From positions 1,080,001-1,112,000 of the forward strand of contig CP006868.1 of assembly GCA_025340205.1 (NCBI GenBank): DNA of 32,000 nt, written 5' to 3'. The DNA comes from Ignicoccus pacificus DSM 13166. Its GTDB lineage: Archaea; Thermoproteota; Thermoprotei_A; Sulfolobales; Ignicoccaceae. The notes below the pieces were generated by a model that saw nothing but the letters and a program-made list of their open reading frames with translations, had not been told where the DNA came from and ran no database searches. Shown here in pieces: positions 19,367 to 28,537 of this stretch (its first letter is position 1; each line of letters opens with the position of its first letter). The translations under genes and the position numbers were made by a program.

Positions 19367-20025
19367 AGGTCTACCTAGCATCCATGGAGCTCCACGGACC
19401 CCTCTTCTTTTCTTCAGAGACCAAACACGCTCTTACCACGGCCTCCCACTTGCTCGTAGCGCCAAAGGCTATCATAAGTCCCATTCCATTAACTTATGCC
19501 CTTAACAACTTACCTGCAGAGAGGTGGGCTTGGCCCGACTCCCCTCCTTCCTATGAGGGATTGAGAAGGGCGAGAAAGATATTTTATGGAGCATTGCCCT
19601 CTCGAGTCAAGTACAAGAGATTCTTCTTTGCGATGAAAGGATTCAGCTGGGGTGAGTACAGAGGAAAGCCAAAGAGGAACGCTCCCAGGATGGTTACGAT
19701 GGTCGCTTTAGTACCACCGAGTACCTTCAAGAGCGCCATAGTTTCCGAGGACCCCCTCCCCCCAACTCTTTACCTAAGAATAGGGTCTAAGAGAAGCGGA
19801 ATACTGAAGGTGCAGTTAGAGGAAGTGAGACTGGAGAAGTGGGAGGGCACGCTAACTCTCCCTATAACAAGGGAATTTCTAAAGACGTTCGGCTGCAACG
19901 TGAAGAGCTTCACGACGCTGCTGACCACCTTTTCTGGCGAGGAGGTAGGCTTAGCGGAGGTAGAGGGTTGTAAGGTGTATAGAGCTTGCGGGAAGAGAAG
20001 GTGCGAGGTGTTAGCGATACCCTAG
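19363..20025 (+). CDS. csc1: Type I-D Csc1 (Cas5 family)
   Basis: MKVYLASMELHGPLFFSSETKHALTTASHLLVAPKAIISPIPLTYALN is a typical Csc1-like N-terminus; ATGA overlap with csc2; position in the I-D operon. Confidence 0.85.
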   Translation: MKVYLASMELHGPLFFSSETKHALTTASHLLVAPKAIISPIPLTYALNNLPAERWAWPDSPPSYEGLRRARKIFYGALPSRVKYKRFFFAMKGFSWGEYRGKPKRNAPRMVTMVALVPPSTFKSAIVSEDPLPPTLYLRIGSKRSGILKVQLEEVRLEKWEGTLTLPITREFLKTFGCNVKSFTTLLTTFSGEEVGLAEVEGCKVYRACGKRRCEVLAIP

Positions 20026-21968
20026 TTGTAGGACCGACCACCGTCGCGGAAGGCGACGAAGAGCTCGTCTTAGGAAAGCTAAGGATCAAGTTGAGGAAGT
20101 TCCAAGAGGAGGTCAAGCGAACCAAGGGAAATGTGGTGATAAAGGCTCCGACGGGCTCCGGAAAGACCTTGACCCTTCTCTTATTTGATGCTGAGAACGC
20201 GGTGGGCGTCTATCCTTCCAGAGCTCTGGTCAACGATCAGTTCGAATCACTTTCCTCTTTATTTAGAAGAGGATGCGAAGAGGAAAGTAAGGGATCTTTG
20301 AAGATATTTGATTGCGATAAGGAAAAGTACGTCCTCTTAAAGATAACATCCGAAAGTTTAGAGGGAAGGGGATGGAAAGCTCTGGAGGGCCTCTGCGAGA
20401 AGGTTTTGGAGCTGAGGGATGAGGGGGCAAAGAGCATAGTGTTTACTGTCCCGGAATATCCCTATTTTCTCCTTAGCGGAGAATACGATAACTTCTATCG
20501 AGTAGGGACGATATTGAAGAGACTTAGCGTTGAGGAGCCGGAGAAGTTGGTCGATAAGATAAGACACTTGAGCAGAGAAGTGGTAGTAAGGAAGGGGTTC
20601 TGCGCCCAACTCTTCTTTGCTCCCAACCTCTTCTTCGATGAGTTTCACGCCTACTCGGGTAAGTCGCTCTACGGAGCTCTAGCCCTCTTGTCCATTTACA
20701 CGTCTCTTCCCTTCATCGAAACTAGGATAGCAATAAGCTCTGCCACGCACACTCCGGAATTCGCTCTTGCCAAGAAGATACTCGAGGAATTCATTACGAT
20801 CGAAGCCCAGAAAGGCGGCCTCGAGGTTCGAGGAAAGACCATCATGAGACTGATGTTTATCAGATCTAGGTGGCCCGGCGTAGCGGCGTTTTCCTACGTT
20901 GAAGACTTAGTTCCCCTAATAGTTAAAGAAAATATACATGAGATAAGAGAAAGGGTTGAAGGAGGAGATAAGGTAGGGATAATCGTAGATAAGATAGCGA
21001 ACGTGTACGAGACCTATAGGGTATTGAAAGAGGGAGGGGTGAAAGACGTCGTCTGCGTTACCTCCCTCTCAGAGGAGCTTGGATGTGGAGGAGATCCGAG
21101 AGAGGCGTCCGTGATAGTCGGAAACGAGGCTATATCGTACGGGATAGATATTAAGGATCTGAACTACGGTCTCGTAACCGCTAAGACTTGGCATCAACTG
21201 GTACAGAGAGTGGGGAGGTTTGGAAGGGGACCGCACAGCTCAGAGCTCATTCTTCCCTATCCTTTAAAGGTCAAGGATCTCTTTAAAAAGAGTTACATGG
21301 AATGGGAGGATTTCGTCGAGCTCAGTAAGAAGATATATCCGAAGAGACCGTTGGATTGGTACGCCGAGAGTGGCTTGGGAGGTCTCAAGCTCAGGAAAGT
21401 ACTCGATATGTACGAACTTACCACTTACATAATGTATCGGGACAAGTTCAAAGCTTCTCAGATATTGAAGAAGGCCTTAACCAGATCGAGAAGGATTCTC
21501 AATGAGGTAAAGGAAAAGGGCGAGCTTCACTTAGGGGCGCTCGCCACCTTCTACTTCTCTTCATTTAGGGGAGCAAGCGATGAGTTGATAATTAAAGCTA
21601 GAAACTTCGAGCTCGAAGACTCTCCAGAAGGACCGAAGATAAACGTGAACAAGCCTGTGAGGGGATATCTGGCCTTAGAGGTGGATGTCGACGAGGAACT
21701 AAAAGAGGTACTCAAGACCTTTGAAGGTAAGGTAATTCAGTTCAACGCGTTCGTGGAGCTCCTAAGCAAGTGGACGCCGAGGATCGTTCAAGTAATAGGC
21801 AAGAATATCAACCCCCTATCCAAGGTAGGACCTAGTAAGGATCCGATCTATGTACTGAGGAGTAATGAGGGCTATCTTAGGTATTTGTTGAGCGTTGAGA
21901 GCGCTGTAGGGTTGGTGTACACGAGAGGGGGCGAGGTGAAGTTACTAGGCGTTTTAGTTAGAGTTTAA
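19986..21968 (+). CDS. cas3: Cas3 helicase (type I-D, no HD domain)
   Basis: Walker A IKAPTGSGKT, DEAD/DExH-like FFDEFHAY, SAT (AISSATHT), motif VI-like QRVGRFGRG. True start may be downstream of 19986. Confidence 0.88.
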   Translation: MREEKVRGVSDTLVVGPTTVAEGDEELVLGKLRIKLRKFQEEVKRTKGNVVIKAPTGSGKTLTLLLFDAENAVGVYPSRALVNDQFESLSSLFRRGCEEESKGSLKIFDCDKEKYVLLKITSESLEGRGWKALEGLCEKVLELRDEGAKSIVFTVPEYPYFLLSGEYDNFYRVGTILKRLSVEEPEKLVDKIRHLSREVVVRKGFCAQLFFAPNLFFDEFHAYSGKSLYGALALLSIYTSLPFIETRIAISSATHTPEFALAKKILEEFITIEAQKGGLEVRGKTIMRLMFIRSRWPGVAAFSYVEDLVPLIVKENIHEIRERVEGGDKVGIIVDKIANVYETYRVLKEGGVKDVVCVTSLSEELGCGGDPREASVIVGNEAISYGIDIKDLNYGLVTAKTWHQLVQRVGRFGRGPHSSELILPYPLKVKDLFKKSYMEWEDFVELSKKIYPKRPLDWYAESGLGGLKLRKVLDMYELTTYIMYRDKFKASQILKKALTRSRRILNEVKEKGELHLGALATFYFSSFRGASDELIIKARNFELEDSPEGPKINVNKPVRGYLALEVDVDEELKEVLKTFEGKVIQFNAFVELLSKWTPRIVQVIGKNINPLSKVGPSKDPIYVLRSNEGYLRYLLSVESAVGLVYTRGGEVKLLGVLVRV

Positions 21969-22002
21969 ATTTCATAATAGAGCAATGTATTCATGATAGG
22001 CC

Positions 22003-22287
22003 TTGATAGTGGTGGTAGCCTATGACATCTATGACGACTCCCTTCGAGATAAGGCGAGAAGAATGTTGCTCCGCTACGGTCTATCGCGTATCTCCAAATC
22101 CGTTTACGCTGGTCGGATCAACTGGGAGACCGCGAAGGAGATCGCGCAAAAGCTCTCGTGGATACTCAAGGGAGACGATTCGGCAGTGGTTATCCCAGTT
22201 TCTGAAAGAGACTTCCTTCGAGCCCTATCTGTCTCCGAGGGTGTCGTGGCTGAGAGGAGACCCAGAGGGGTCCGTGTCGTGGGCTAG
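22003..22287 (+). CDS. cas2: CRISPR-associated endoribonuclease Cas2
   Basis: VVVAYDIYDDSLRDKARRMLLRYGLSRISKSVYAG, a typical Cas2 N-terminus. TTG start. Confidence 0.93.
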   Translation: MIVVVAYDIYDDSLRDKARRMLLRYGLSRISKSVYAGRINWETAKEIAQKLSWILKGDDSAVVIPVSERDFLRALSVSEGVVAERRPRGVRVVG

Positions 22288-22870
22288 GATCTTCGACGAC
22301 TTAGAGGTATGTCCCCTGAGAGCCTACTTTTCGGCAATGGGTAAGACGGGATATCTAAGCTACTCGCGAGGAGGGATGGAGTTTCAGAGGAGTGTGATAG
22401 AAGGTGTTAAGGAAACTGTGAGGGACTGGGCGAGAAGGGTCTATGCCGACCCCGGAACGAGAGGTCTGAGAACGAAGTCCCTTGGGATAAAGTTGTGCGC
22501 GAAGCTAGGAGAGATTGTCATTTGCGGAAGGCCCGACGTCGTAGCGCTTTTTGACCATCCAGTAGCCCTCGTAGTCGAGGTAGTTCAGACCTCCAATCCT
22601 AAGAGTGCTTTAAAGAGGAGCTTGATTAGGTTGAACTTCTATTCTCAAGGAATACACGAATTATTCGGTTTCCCAATATCTTTGAGCTTACTTACGCCTT
22701 CTGAAGCCTTGTGGGTGATCGCCGAGAAGGACTTACTTAGCGAGAAGTTAAACGCTCTGGAGAGCGCGCTAGATTATGGGAAGGCAATCGAGATGGCTAA
22801 GAGGAAAAGAAGGGAAGAGACATGCGCGAATTGTATTTACCGGAGAGAATGCAAGATGTCACTCGTATAA
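22274..22870 (+). CDS. cas4: Cas4 exonuclease (start probably GTG 22274, not the ORF-track start at 22022)
   Basis: Iron-sulfur cysteines FDDLEVCPLRAYFS and CANCIYRRECK; RecB-like ICGRPDVVALFDHPVALVVEVVQTSNP. Confidence 0.88.
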   Translation: MSWARIFDDLEVCPLRAYFSAMGKTGYLSYSRGGMEFQRSVIEGVKETVRDWARRVYADPGTRGLRTKSLGIKLCAKLGEIVICGRPDVVALFDHPVALVVEVVQTSNPKSALKRSLIRLNFYSQGIHELFGFPISLSLLTPSEALWVIAEKDLLSEKLNALESALDYGKAIEMAKRKRREETCANCIYRRECKMSLV

Positions 22871-23643
22871 AGGTTAAAGTGAACATAACTCCCATCGAAT
22901 TTAACGATTTTACGGGTAAAATTGTCAAGAGTTTCTTGATCTGTGCCGATGAACGCTTCAAGAAGGTGTTCGGAGAAGAGGGTGGATACAAGGAATTCCA
23001 CATAACCCCGCTCTTAGACGAGGAAGGGAGAGCTATATATCCAAGAAAGGTCGTTAAGTGTTCATTTTGCAAAGACAAGAAACCTAAGGGAGAGGGAAGG
23101 GTCAGGATACCCGATGTTGCATATTTCGAGGTGAGTGGAAAGAAGGAATGGTTGACCTCGCTCTTCTCCTATACCTCTTGTTCTCTTTCTATAAAAGGAA
23201 TTAAAATAGATATAGAGAGTGTTGAGGTCGAAGAAGAAGAGATAGAGCTTGGGGATGGGGATGGTATATTTATCAAGTTCCGAGGACCTGCTGTTCTAAG
23301 GGATCCTTGGCACCGCCCGGGAGGGGAACTGCGGAGTCGGTTCCTCCCTTCACCCTCACACTTGTTCTCTACTAATGTTTATTCATTATTTAGGGAAAAA
23401 TACTTCGAAGTACTCATGGAACTTGAAAAAGCGTTGGTGGAAGATCATTCTGCTTTGAACAGCTTAGGAAAGGTGTGGTATTACTATGGAGGCAAGTGGT
23501 TACCCGCCCTAAGCGGAAGCATAATATTCTGGCTAAGAGAGATGAACGATATCGTAAAACATACCTTGCTCCATGCTTCGTACTTCGGAGTAGGATCTGG
23601 TAGAGCCGCTGGCTTCGGAGATATAGTTCTCAACGTCTTTTAG
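22849..23643 (+). CDS. cas6: Cas6-family CRISPR RNA endoribonuclease
   Basis: C-terminal glycine-rich motif HASYFGVGSGRAAGFGDIVLNVF; WHRPGGELRS; position in the operon. Confidence 0.85.
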   Translation: MQDVTRIKVKVNITPIEFNDFTGKIVKSFLICADERFKKVFGEEGGYKEFHITPLLDEEGRAIYPRKVVKCSFCKDKKPKGEGRVRIPDVAYFEVSGKKEWLTSLFSYTSCSLSIKGIKIDIESVEVEEEEIELGDGDGIFIKFRGPAVLRDPWHRPGGELRSRFLPSPSHLFSTNVYSLFREKYFEVLMELEKALVEDHSALNSLGKVWYYYGGKWLPALSGSIIFWLREMNDIVKHTLLHASYFGVGSGRAAGFGDIVLNVF

Positions 23644-23847
23644 TCCCTTCCCGAATCTTCAAGGACCTCCATCCCTCACCTCAAAGTTACTTGACACATA
23701 CCTTACTTTTCCTTTTCCTATTCCATTGCTGTTCGTCTAGGAATATTCAAGGAAGCCTCATCGTAGGGGAGCCTCTAACATCAACCCACCGATCAGTAAC
23801 CTCTTCTTTATAAGGATTACAAGGGAGAAACCCTTGGAAGAGAGACA
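23641..23847 (+). promoter_or_regulatory. Leader of array 3 (207 bp), perfect inverted copy of the array 2 leader
   Basis: Identical to the reverse complement of 14501-14707; AT-rich and purine-rich tracts; abuts the first repeat at 23848. Confidence 0.93.
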
Positions 23848-26691
23848 GATGATACGAAAGAGAACTGAAAGATCAAGCCGAGCGACGTGGACACATTGTT
23901 GGCAAGCGATGATACGAAAGAGAACTGAAAGTGTATCTCGGCTTCCAGCACACAACGCTCAATATCACCGATGATACGAAAGAGAACTGAAAGTGATTGG
24001 TCTGGTTCTGAGAGGTATTAGGTTGGGGCTGATGATACGAAAGAGAACTGAAAGGTAAGCATTAGCGATGGCTCTAGCAGTATCCTACTCAGCGGGGATG
24101 ATACGAAAGAGAACTGAAAGGCAGATGTTTGTGGCGGTGATGTATTCATCGTAGGGTATGATGATACGAAAGAGAACTGAAAGTGAAGATAAGTGGCTGC
24201 ACGATAAGGAGGTGGATATGGATGATACGAAAGAGAACTGAAAGGAAGGATAGAATCCAACTAAAGAAGGAAATGAGGAGGGATGATACGAAAGAGAACT
24301 GAAAGGGATCCAAGCCCACGCTACTGCCACAAGATGAGGAGGGATGATACGAAAGAGAACTGAAAGTGGCTGCGACTATCAATGCCTCTTTGAGAAGACC
24401 TTGATGATGATACGAAAGAGAACTGAAAGAATAATCTCTTATGAAATATAGGCTCCTCCTGAAGTTCGCTGATGATACGAAAGAGAACTGAAAGCTAAGA
24501 AACCCTCAAAGACCTCTTCCCAATCCTTCGCGGATGATACGAAAGAGAACTGAAAGATTACTGCGGAGGTGATAATGGATGAGGATAGGCTATTTGATGA
24601 TACGAAAGAGAACTGAAAGGGATTCGTACTTATGTTGGTAGAGACAACCGAGAACGATGATGATACGAAAGAGAACTGAAAGCGCTTATGGGCTAGACTT
24701 TGCTGGCAAATGAAGAGAATGATGATACGAAAGAGAACTGAAAGGTAGAGTGGGGAGGGGAGCTTCTGGGGTGAGAGCATGGCTGATGATACGAAAGAGA
24801 ACTGAAAGCTTTCGCTATCGATCTTACGCTAGCGACGCTAACGTTGATGATACGAAAGAGAACTGAAAGGTTAGTAACGTTGTTTCCACAAGTGCTCAGC
24901 TCGCACCAGATGATACGAAAGAGAACTGAAAGGGTCTTTGGAGCGGAGGATTCATCTTCGTAGCTCCCACGATGATACGAAAGAGAACTGAAAGTACCTA
25001 CCTCTCAGATAATGAAGACCAACATAGACATACAGAAGACGTTAGTGATGATACGAAAGAGAACTGAAAGGTTCAGAACCTCAAGCTCGGCGTTTAAGTC
25101 AATGTACTTGATGATACGAAAGAGAACTGAAAGGTGCTGGACAACGGCTTAGTGCTTCTTGATCTATTTTCAGGATGATACGAAAGAGAACTGAAAGGAC
25201 CATTAGTATCCCCCTATGGTATACATTATATTGGTTGATGATACGAAAGAGAACTGAAAGGCCGTGTAAAGCCGATCCTGACATAGTACGGCTCGAACGA
25301 TGATACGAAAGAGAACTGAAAGAGAGGACGATCTCATTCCTGAAGACATTGGAGTCGAAATAGATGATACGAAAGAGAACTGAAAGCTAGAGGGACTAGC
25401 ATGACGGATGCTGTTTCTGTGGCTGGATGATACGAAAGAGAACTGAAAGCTCCCGCTCTTCCTCTCCTCGCTTACCTCGGTTAGCTCGATGATACGAAAG
25501 AGAACTGAAAGCCTAAGCAGCTCCAGAGCCGCTTGGGTCTACCTATATGGGATGATACGAAAGAGAACTGAAAGTTAGCGCTTTACTTCGCGTATGAAAA
25601 CTTAGCGAGAGTGATGATACGAAAGAGAACTGAAAGCATTACCTTCATGCTTACACATTGCCTTATCTGTTCTTCGATGATACGAAAGAGAACTGAAAGC
25701 ACCACTTCCATTTCCTCCACCTCACTCGATCTCGCTGAAGGATGATACGAAAGAGAACTGAAAGGGGATTGTCGCTCATGGTATCACCTCTATTGGATAG
25801 ATGATGATACGAAAGAGAACTGAAAGGAGAGAGCGCTACGAGATTGTAGTAGCTCGGATACTGCGATGATACGAAAGAGAACTGAAAGAAGGTACATGGA
25901 GGTATCGGAGCTAACGTCGTTGGAGGATGATACGAAAGAGAACTGAAAGGCTGTAAGGGGCAGCGTGGTAGTCATCCTACACCACCGGATGATACGAAAG
26001 AGAACTGAAAGAAGGAGAAGGGGGCTGGTGAACGGCCCCATAGTCTATGATGATACGAAAGAGAACTGAAAGTACACTTCCTTGCACGAGCGCTTACTTG
26101 CATCATACAGAGGATGATACGAAAGAGAACTGAAAGGGTGGACACTTCTGAGATAGACGTTGATGAAGGGGTTTGATGATACGAAAGAGAACTGAAAGTC
26201 CCACCGAAACTGTTTGCTAGCGGGAGCTCTGTACGGATGATACGAAAGAGAACTGAAAGATCAATGTCATTATGTCAATAATTGCTTTATGGTGTTTTGA
26301 TGATACGAAAGAGAACTGAAAGGATGAAGGGGTTTCCCGTTGAGGCCACTAGATGGGGCTGATGATACGAAAGAGAACTGAAAGTTCTTCGCCTTCTTCT
26401 TGCTGGTTTTCTTGCTGACTGATGATACGAAAGAGAACTGAAAGTTTGTTAATACGAAACGCATACCGAACATTATTGCTCGGATGATACGAAAGAGAAC
26501 TGAAAGGGGTGAAGTAGAAATCTCGAGCTTAATTTATAACATGATGATACGAAAGAGAACTGAAAGTAAATATTGTTGACAAAACCAATAGTGGTCGTAG
26601 TGCCCGATGATACGAAAGAGAACTGAAAGAAACTCATCACGTTTTCAGCGGTATAATGATTCATCATGATGATACGAAAGAGAACTACAAG
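23848..26691 (+). CRISPR. CRISPR array 3: 24-nt repeat GATGATACGAAAGAGAACTGAAAG, 45 good repeats plus a degenerate terminal repeat at 26668-26691
   Basis: Repeats at 23848, 23908, 23970, 24031 ... 26543, 26606 with unique 36-52-nt spacers. The last copy reads GATGATACGAAAGAGAACTACAAG. Confidence 0.98.
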
Positions 26692-27079
26692 AAGATAATA
26701 GTGTTAGTCCTACCTCAGTTTTTTGTTTTGGAGAAGTTCGCTTCTGCCATATACAAACCAACGTATATATCTCCAAAAGAGATACTGAAGGAGATAGACG
26801 GGTGGTCTGTGTAATTGTTGATTTGGAATACGGTAGAGCGGGGTAGTGAAGTCGATCGGAAATATCATTACCACTTTTTCCGGTCAATGGAAATGAATAG
26901 TGCTACGCCCTTGCTTCTCCAAACAATCTCTTAATCGTAACTACACACTCCAGAAAACGTTTCGCCCTTGATCGCAAACTCATGGAGCGTATTCCTAAGG
27001 ATTCTATATATCGGCTCCTCCCTGAGTCTTTTAGTGAGCATTACGAAAGAGGAATCGTTCTCAGCGAGACCAACCTTAA

Positions 27080-27442
27080 TTGAGGGTAATGATAGACCCC
27101 GTTCGTTTATATTTCCTCGCCTTAAGCGGCGAGCGGAGAGACATGTTCTGGGTTAGGGTTCACGACTTAGGAGAGCACGTCTTCGTAACGGTCGTCGATA
27201 AGGAACTGCTCGGCAAGAGGTTCAAGGAAGGCGACATTATACTTGACATAAACGAGGACTTCTTCAAGGGAGAGCTCCTCGATGAGGAGCTTGCCCTAGC
27301 TAGGATGGAAGCCGCCACGAGCCTCTACGTTATAGGGAAGAGGGCGGTGAAGCTAGCGGTGGAGGGAGAGTTCATCCATCCGGCAGCTATCAAGAAGGTA
27401 GAAGGGGTGCCCTACGCTCAAATGCTCCTCCTCTATGCCTAA
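27080..27442 (+). CDS. DUF424-like archaeal protein
   Basis: VFVTVVDKELLGKRFKEGDIILDINEDFFKGELLDEELALARMEAATSLYVIGKRAVKLAV...GVPYAQ pattern. Confidence 0.75.
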   Translation: MRVMIDPVRLYFLALSGERRDMFWVRVHDLGEHVFVTVVDKELLGKRFKEGDIILDINEDFFKGELLDEELALARMEAATSLYVIGKRAVKLAVEGEFIHPAAIKKVEGVPYAQMLLLYA

Positions 27443-27516
27443 AGTGCGGATGAGCGGGCAGGGACGATATGAGCTCTTCCCCGGCGATGAAAGGTTTTGG
27501 TGGAGCGAAGGCGACG

Positions 27517-28533
27517 CTATCCTAGAAACCTCCAGAGCGCTATAGCTATTATCATTAAGGAGATGAGCGTGGGAACCCATTCTATTCTTGAGACAGCGTA
27601 GGAGACCTTCTTCTCCTTTAAGCTTATGATACTACCATCTACTTTCACGTCGAAGTTTTTCCCTCCTTCGAAGAACACGTTCAAGCTCTTCACACCCTTC
27701 GGTCCCAGGAGGATCTCGCCAGAAAAGGAAGATCCCTTTATTGGAAGCTGGCTCACCAAGAACGTCTTCGAGGCTTTAATACACTCCCCGGTAATCCTAG
27801 GCTCCCATCCCCATTTGGAGCAAGAGTGGGAGAGGCAATAGTAGATCGGAGACCTCTTCAAGCACTTGTATTCGCACTTGCTCACCCAAGCGTCTATTAG
27901 CTTATCGTAAACGAGCTTGCAGAAGCCCTCCCTCTCGGAGCACACTTGCTTCCCCACCGTCCACTTGGAACACTTGACCTCCTCACAGACTTTCACCAAC
28001 TCAACCTTCTTTTTATAGAGTATGCACCTGGAGGCTGGAACCTTCTTCATGGGCTTTCCTCCCTCAACTGTTACCTTAACCTTCAGAGGATCCTCGCAAT
28101 GGTTGATTATTGTTATCCCAATTGCTTTTACCCCTTTTGGAACGGAGAAGCCGAGAAACTCTGAGGAGGGGGAGGAGAGGCTGGCTTGGAAGTCCAAGCA
28201 CTTGCCGACAACTCTCTTTGTCAAAAGCTCTCCGTTCAAGTAAACCAAGATGGTTAACTCGGGAGGGCCGGCGAAGTAAGCGCTCAGACCACCGAAGTCT
28301 CCGGGGAAGGTTTGAGTGTCTATTATGAGCTTCCTCCCCTCGAACTTACCCATCCCGCTCACGGAGTAAACGTTGCTTCCGAAGAAGATCTCTATCCTCA
28401 GCTTCCCCGAACAGTAGCTGAAGTAAGATACCTTCACCTCAACGGTGTTTCCGGATCTTATCTCGTTGACGCTCAGGCTGACGCAAGCGAGAGCTATAGC
28501 GATCAAGACGCTGAGGATTAGAAGAGCCCTCAC
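27517..28533 (-). CDS. Cys-rich secreted/membrane-anchored protein of unknown function (paralog 1)
   Basis: N-terminal signal peptide, C-terminal TM segment, many Cys in CxxxxC/CSKW motifs; related in layout to the next two genes. Confidence 0.65.
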   Translation of the reverse strand: MRALLILSVLIAIALACVSLSVNEIRSGNTVEVKVSYFSYCSGKLRIEIFFGSNVYSVSGMGKFEGRKLIIDTQTFPGDFGGLSAYFAGPPELTILVYLNGELLTKRVVGKCLDFQASLSSPSSEFLGFSVPKGVKAIGITIINHCEDPLKVKVTVEGGKPMKKVPASRCILYKKKVELVKVCEEVKCSKWTVGKQVCSEREGFCKLVYDKLIDAWVSKCEYKCLKRSPIYYCLSHSCSKWGWEPRITGECIKASKTFLVSQLPIKGSSFSGEILLGPKGVKSLNVFFEGGKNFDVKVDGSIISLKEKKVSYAVSRIEWVPTLISLMIIAIALWRFLG

Positions 28534-28537
28534 CCTA

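Noticed and set aside
22022-22273. N-terminal extension of the Cas4 ORF (RREECCSATVYRVSPNPFTL...)
   Set aside because: It overlaps cas2 in another frame and has no Cas4-like features. Homology-like sequence begins at GTG 22274.
15732-23643. Possibility that the cas cassette is a novel effector type
   Set aside because: Csc1, Csc2, HD-containing Cas10d and HD-less Cas3 are the defining set of type I-D. The novelty is in architecture and spacers, not in the effector.
23758-26667. Minus-strand ORFs with the same FQFSFVSS-type peptides across array 3
   Set aside because: CRISPR repeat translations. The shared CLSSKGFSLVILIKKRLLIGGLMLEAPLR tail is simply the duplicated leader.
27039-27062. GCATTACGAAAGAGGAATCG, resembling the repeat core TACGAAAGAG, downstream of array 3
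   Set aside because: Only the 10-nt core matches and it is not at array periodicity, so it is probably coincidence.
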